In this document: piece by piece, positions 49,190-50,701 of the stretch
Layout of the letters: the number at the start of each line of letters is the position of its first letter
Position numbering within the stretch: position 1 is the stretch's first letter
Source: Nemertoderma westbladi
Lineage: Eukaryota > Animalia > Xenacoelomorpha
DNA length: 50,701 bases
Direction: 5' to 3'
Assembly (NCBI GenBank): GCA_032718475.1
Contig: JAUCBJ010000537.1
Span: forward strand, 1 to 50,701
Program-made: the position numbers and the translations under genes
Notes under the pieces: generated by a model
The model's database searches: none
Seen by the model: the letters and a program-made list of their open reading frames with translations, nothing else
What the model was told of the DNA's origin: nothing

Positions 49190-50460
49190 CATTTATTCTA
49201 TATAAATAAATTATTCTTACAATTATTGCACAGTACAGACCTAACTACAGACACTCTAGCACAAAAAAAGAAAAATAATTAAAGTAAGTAGATTTAGAAA
49301 AATAATTTAAAATGTATGCTGTCAAATAAATCTCATCGCACGGAAGAAAGAATAATGGTAGTTAATATACCGCTATAAATTCCAACATTGAGCGCAAATC
49401 ATCGTACCAGAAGCCATAAACCACAACATCACCAGATAAGGTGTTACATAATTCAATACATGCATTAACTCTCCAGTTTTGACCTACTGGTATTCTAGAA
49501 TAGGAAACACATCTGTTTATAATATGTGGTGATACATTACTTGGGTTAGCAACACTGCACTCATTGGCTATCCGTCTAAAATTTGTACCGCACCGACTAC
49601 GACAATCAAACAGTGTAAGATTTGCAAGAAAACGCACTGGTAATTTTAAAGAGTCACGTAAAGTATTTGTAAATGTTATAAACCGTTTGCACAACATAAC
49701 ACGTGGATGTTCCCAACCGACAACGTTTTCAACAATAAATCTGTGCGCATTGTAAGGCAGACCCCAAACCTTCCTAACATTAATATTCCATGTCGTGTAC
49801 ACTCGGGGTGATTTCAGATCCCACAAAGAGCTCCCATAAAAGCTTGTTGAATACAACCGCTGGATATGTTTTACAGATCCAGGTAGTGCAAAATTAAATT
49901 CCTGTTTGAGGTTCGCAAGTTTTCCAAGTAATGCCCCACGTTTCTTCTCTATATCGCGCACCAATGAACATTTAAAGTCAAGAGTGTTCCCAAGATGCAA
50001 AGTTTCCTCCACCCACGGTAGAGAGACTCCATTTACTACGATATTTACCGATGGAGGCGACCAAGTCCATTTAAACGGCATACATTTGGATTTACATTTT
50101 GCGGGATCCACATTAGTACTACAGTAATAACTAAGTTGTAGCGTAAACAGAAGACTTTACAAATGTTAACCATGAACTGTAATCCAGCTACTGACGCGAT
50201 TTAGCAATAAAATATCGTCGGCATAAACGAGTATCCCATAATATACCGATCCGATATGGCACCCAACCCCAGAAGATTTCATTGAATTAATTAACACATT
50301 TATCACTACACAGAACAAGGTCGGAGAAATGATAGAATCCTGTCGGACGCCATTAGTAATAGAAAACACGGACGAAGAAACGGAATTCCAATTAACCGAG
50401 CACATTAAATCGGTCAAGTTTATTCATGAAATTAAAACAAACTTGGTACGTATGCAGTCT
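49190..50460 (-). mobile_element. Decayed 5'-truncated LINE, RTE-X-like
   Basis: ITNGVRQ..IISPTLFC, GVGCHIG, LVYADDILLL (50166-50417), then HLGN, STSFYGSSLWDL and WNINVRKVWGLPYNAH (49362-50111). Stops and frameshifts are present. Boundaries are approximate and the clade call is from motif recognition. Confidence 0.8.
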
Positions 50461-50701
50461 GTCAAAAGTTTAGAAAGAACCTGAGGTTTAAGGAATCAAA
50501 GGTCACATATCAGACAAGTCTTGGTGTAAAAGCTTTTGTGGGATAACTGATACGTTTGCCTATGCTGGCCAGTTCCCCCCCAGGCGCTGGAATACTCTAA
50601 AAAAGGTTTTCTAACTGTATATATATTCCCCTCGCCCGCAAGGTACCTTTACAGGTGTTTTAACGGACATAAAAATCATTCTGCCATATACGTGTTTTAG
50701 T

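Overview
AT-rich metazoan genomic DNA, probably from an invertebrate, made almost entirely of repeats. No intact host gene is recognisable. 1-11.7 kb: small non-autonomous DNA transposons (hAT-like, pogo-like with a nested MULE-type MITE), tRNA-derived SINEs, a foldback palindrome, 25-bp and 27-bp minisatellites and a decayed RTE LINE. About 11.85-32.32 kb: a ~20 kb array of a 33-bp unit (roughly 530 units) with higher-order duplications, interrupted by three 5'-truncated copies of a young RTE family, one flanked by a 77-bp target duplication. On the minus strand the array is bracketed by a 3' splice site and a unique coding-like tail, so it may be a runaway, now broken, Trp/Gly/Arg-rich exon. 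32395-48856: a complete 16.5 kb BEL/Pao LTR retrotransposon on the minus strand (1202-bp LTRs, TGCCC TSD, disrupted gag-PR-RT-RH-IN). It has three unusual traits: no tRNA-type PBS but an 11-nt PBS-position sequence exactly complementary to a site in its own LTR (Tf1-like self-priming signature), three dispersed ~130-nt covarying stem-loop modules after pol, and a non-env accessory ORF. The window ends in an RTE-X-like LINE remnant. All calls were made by eye, without database searches.
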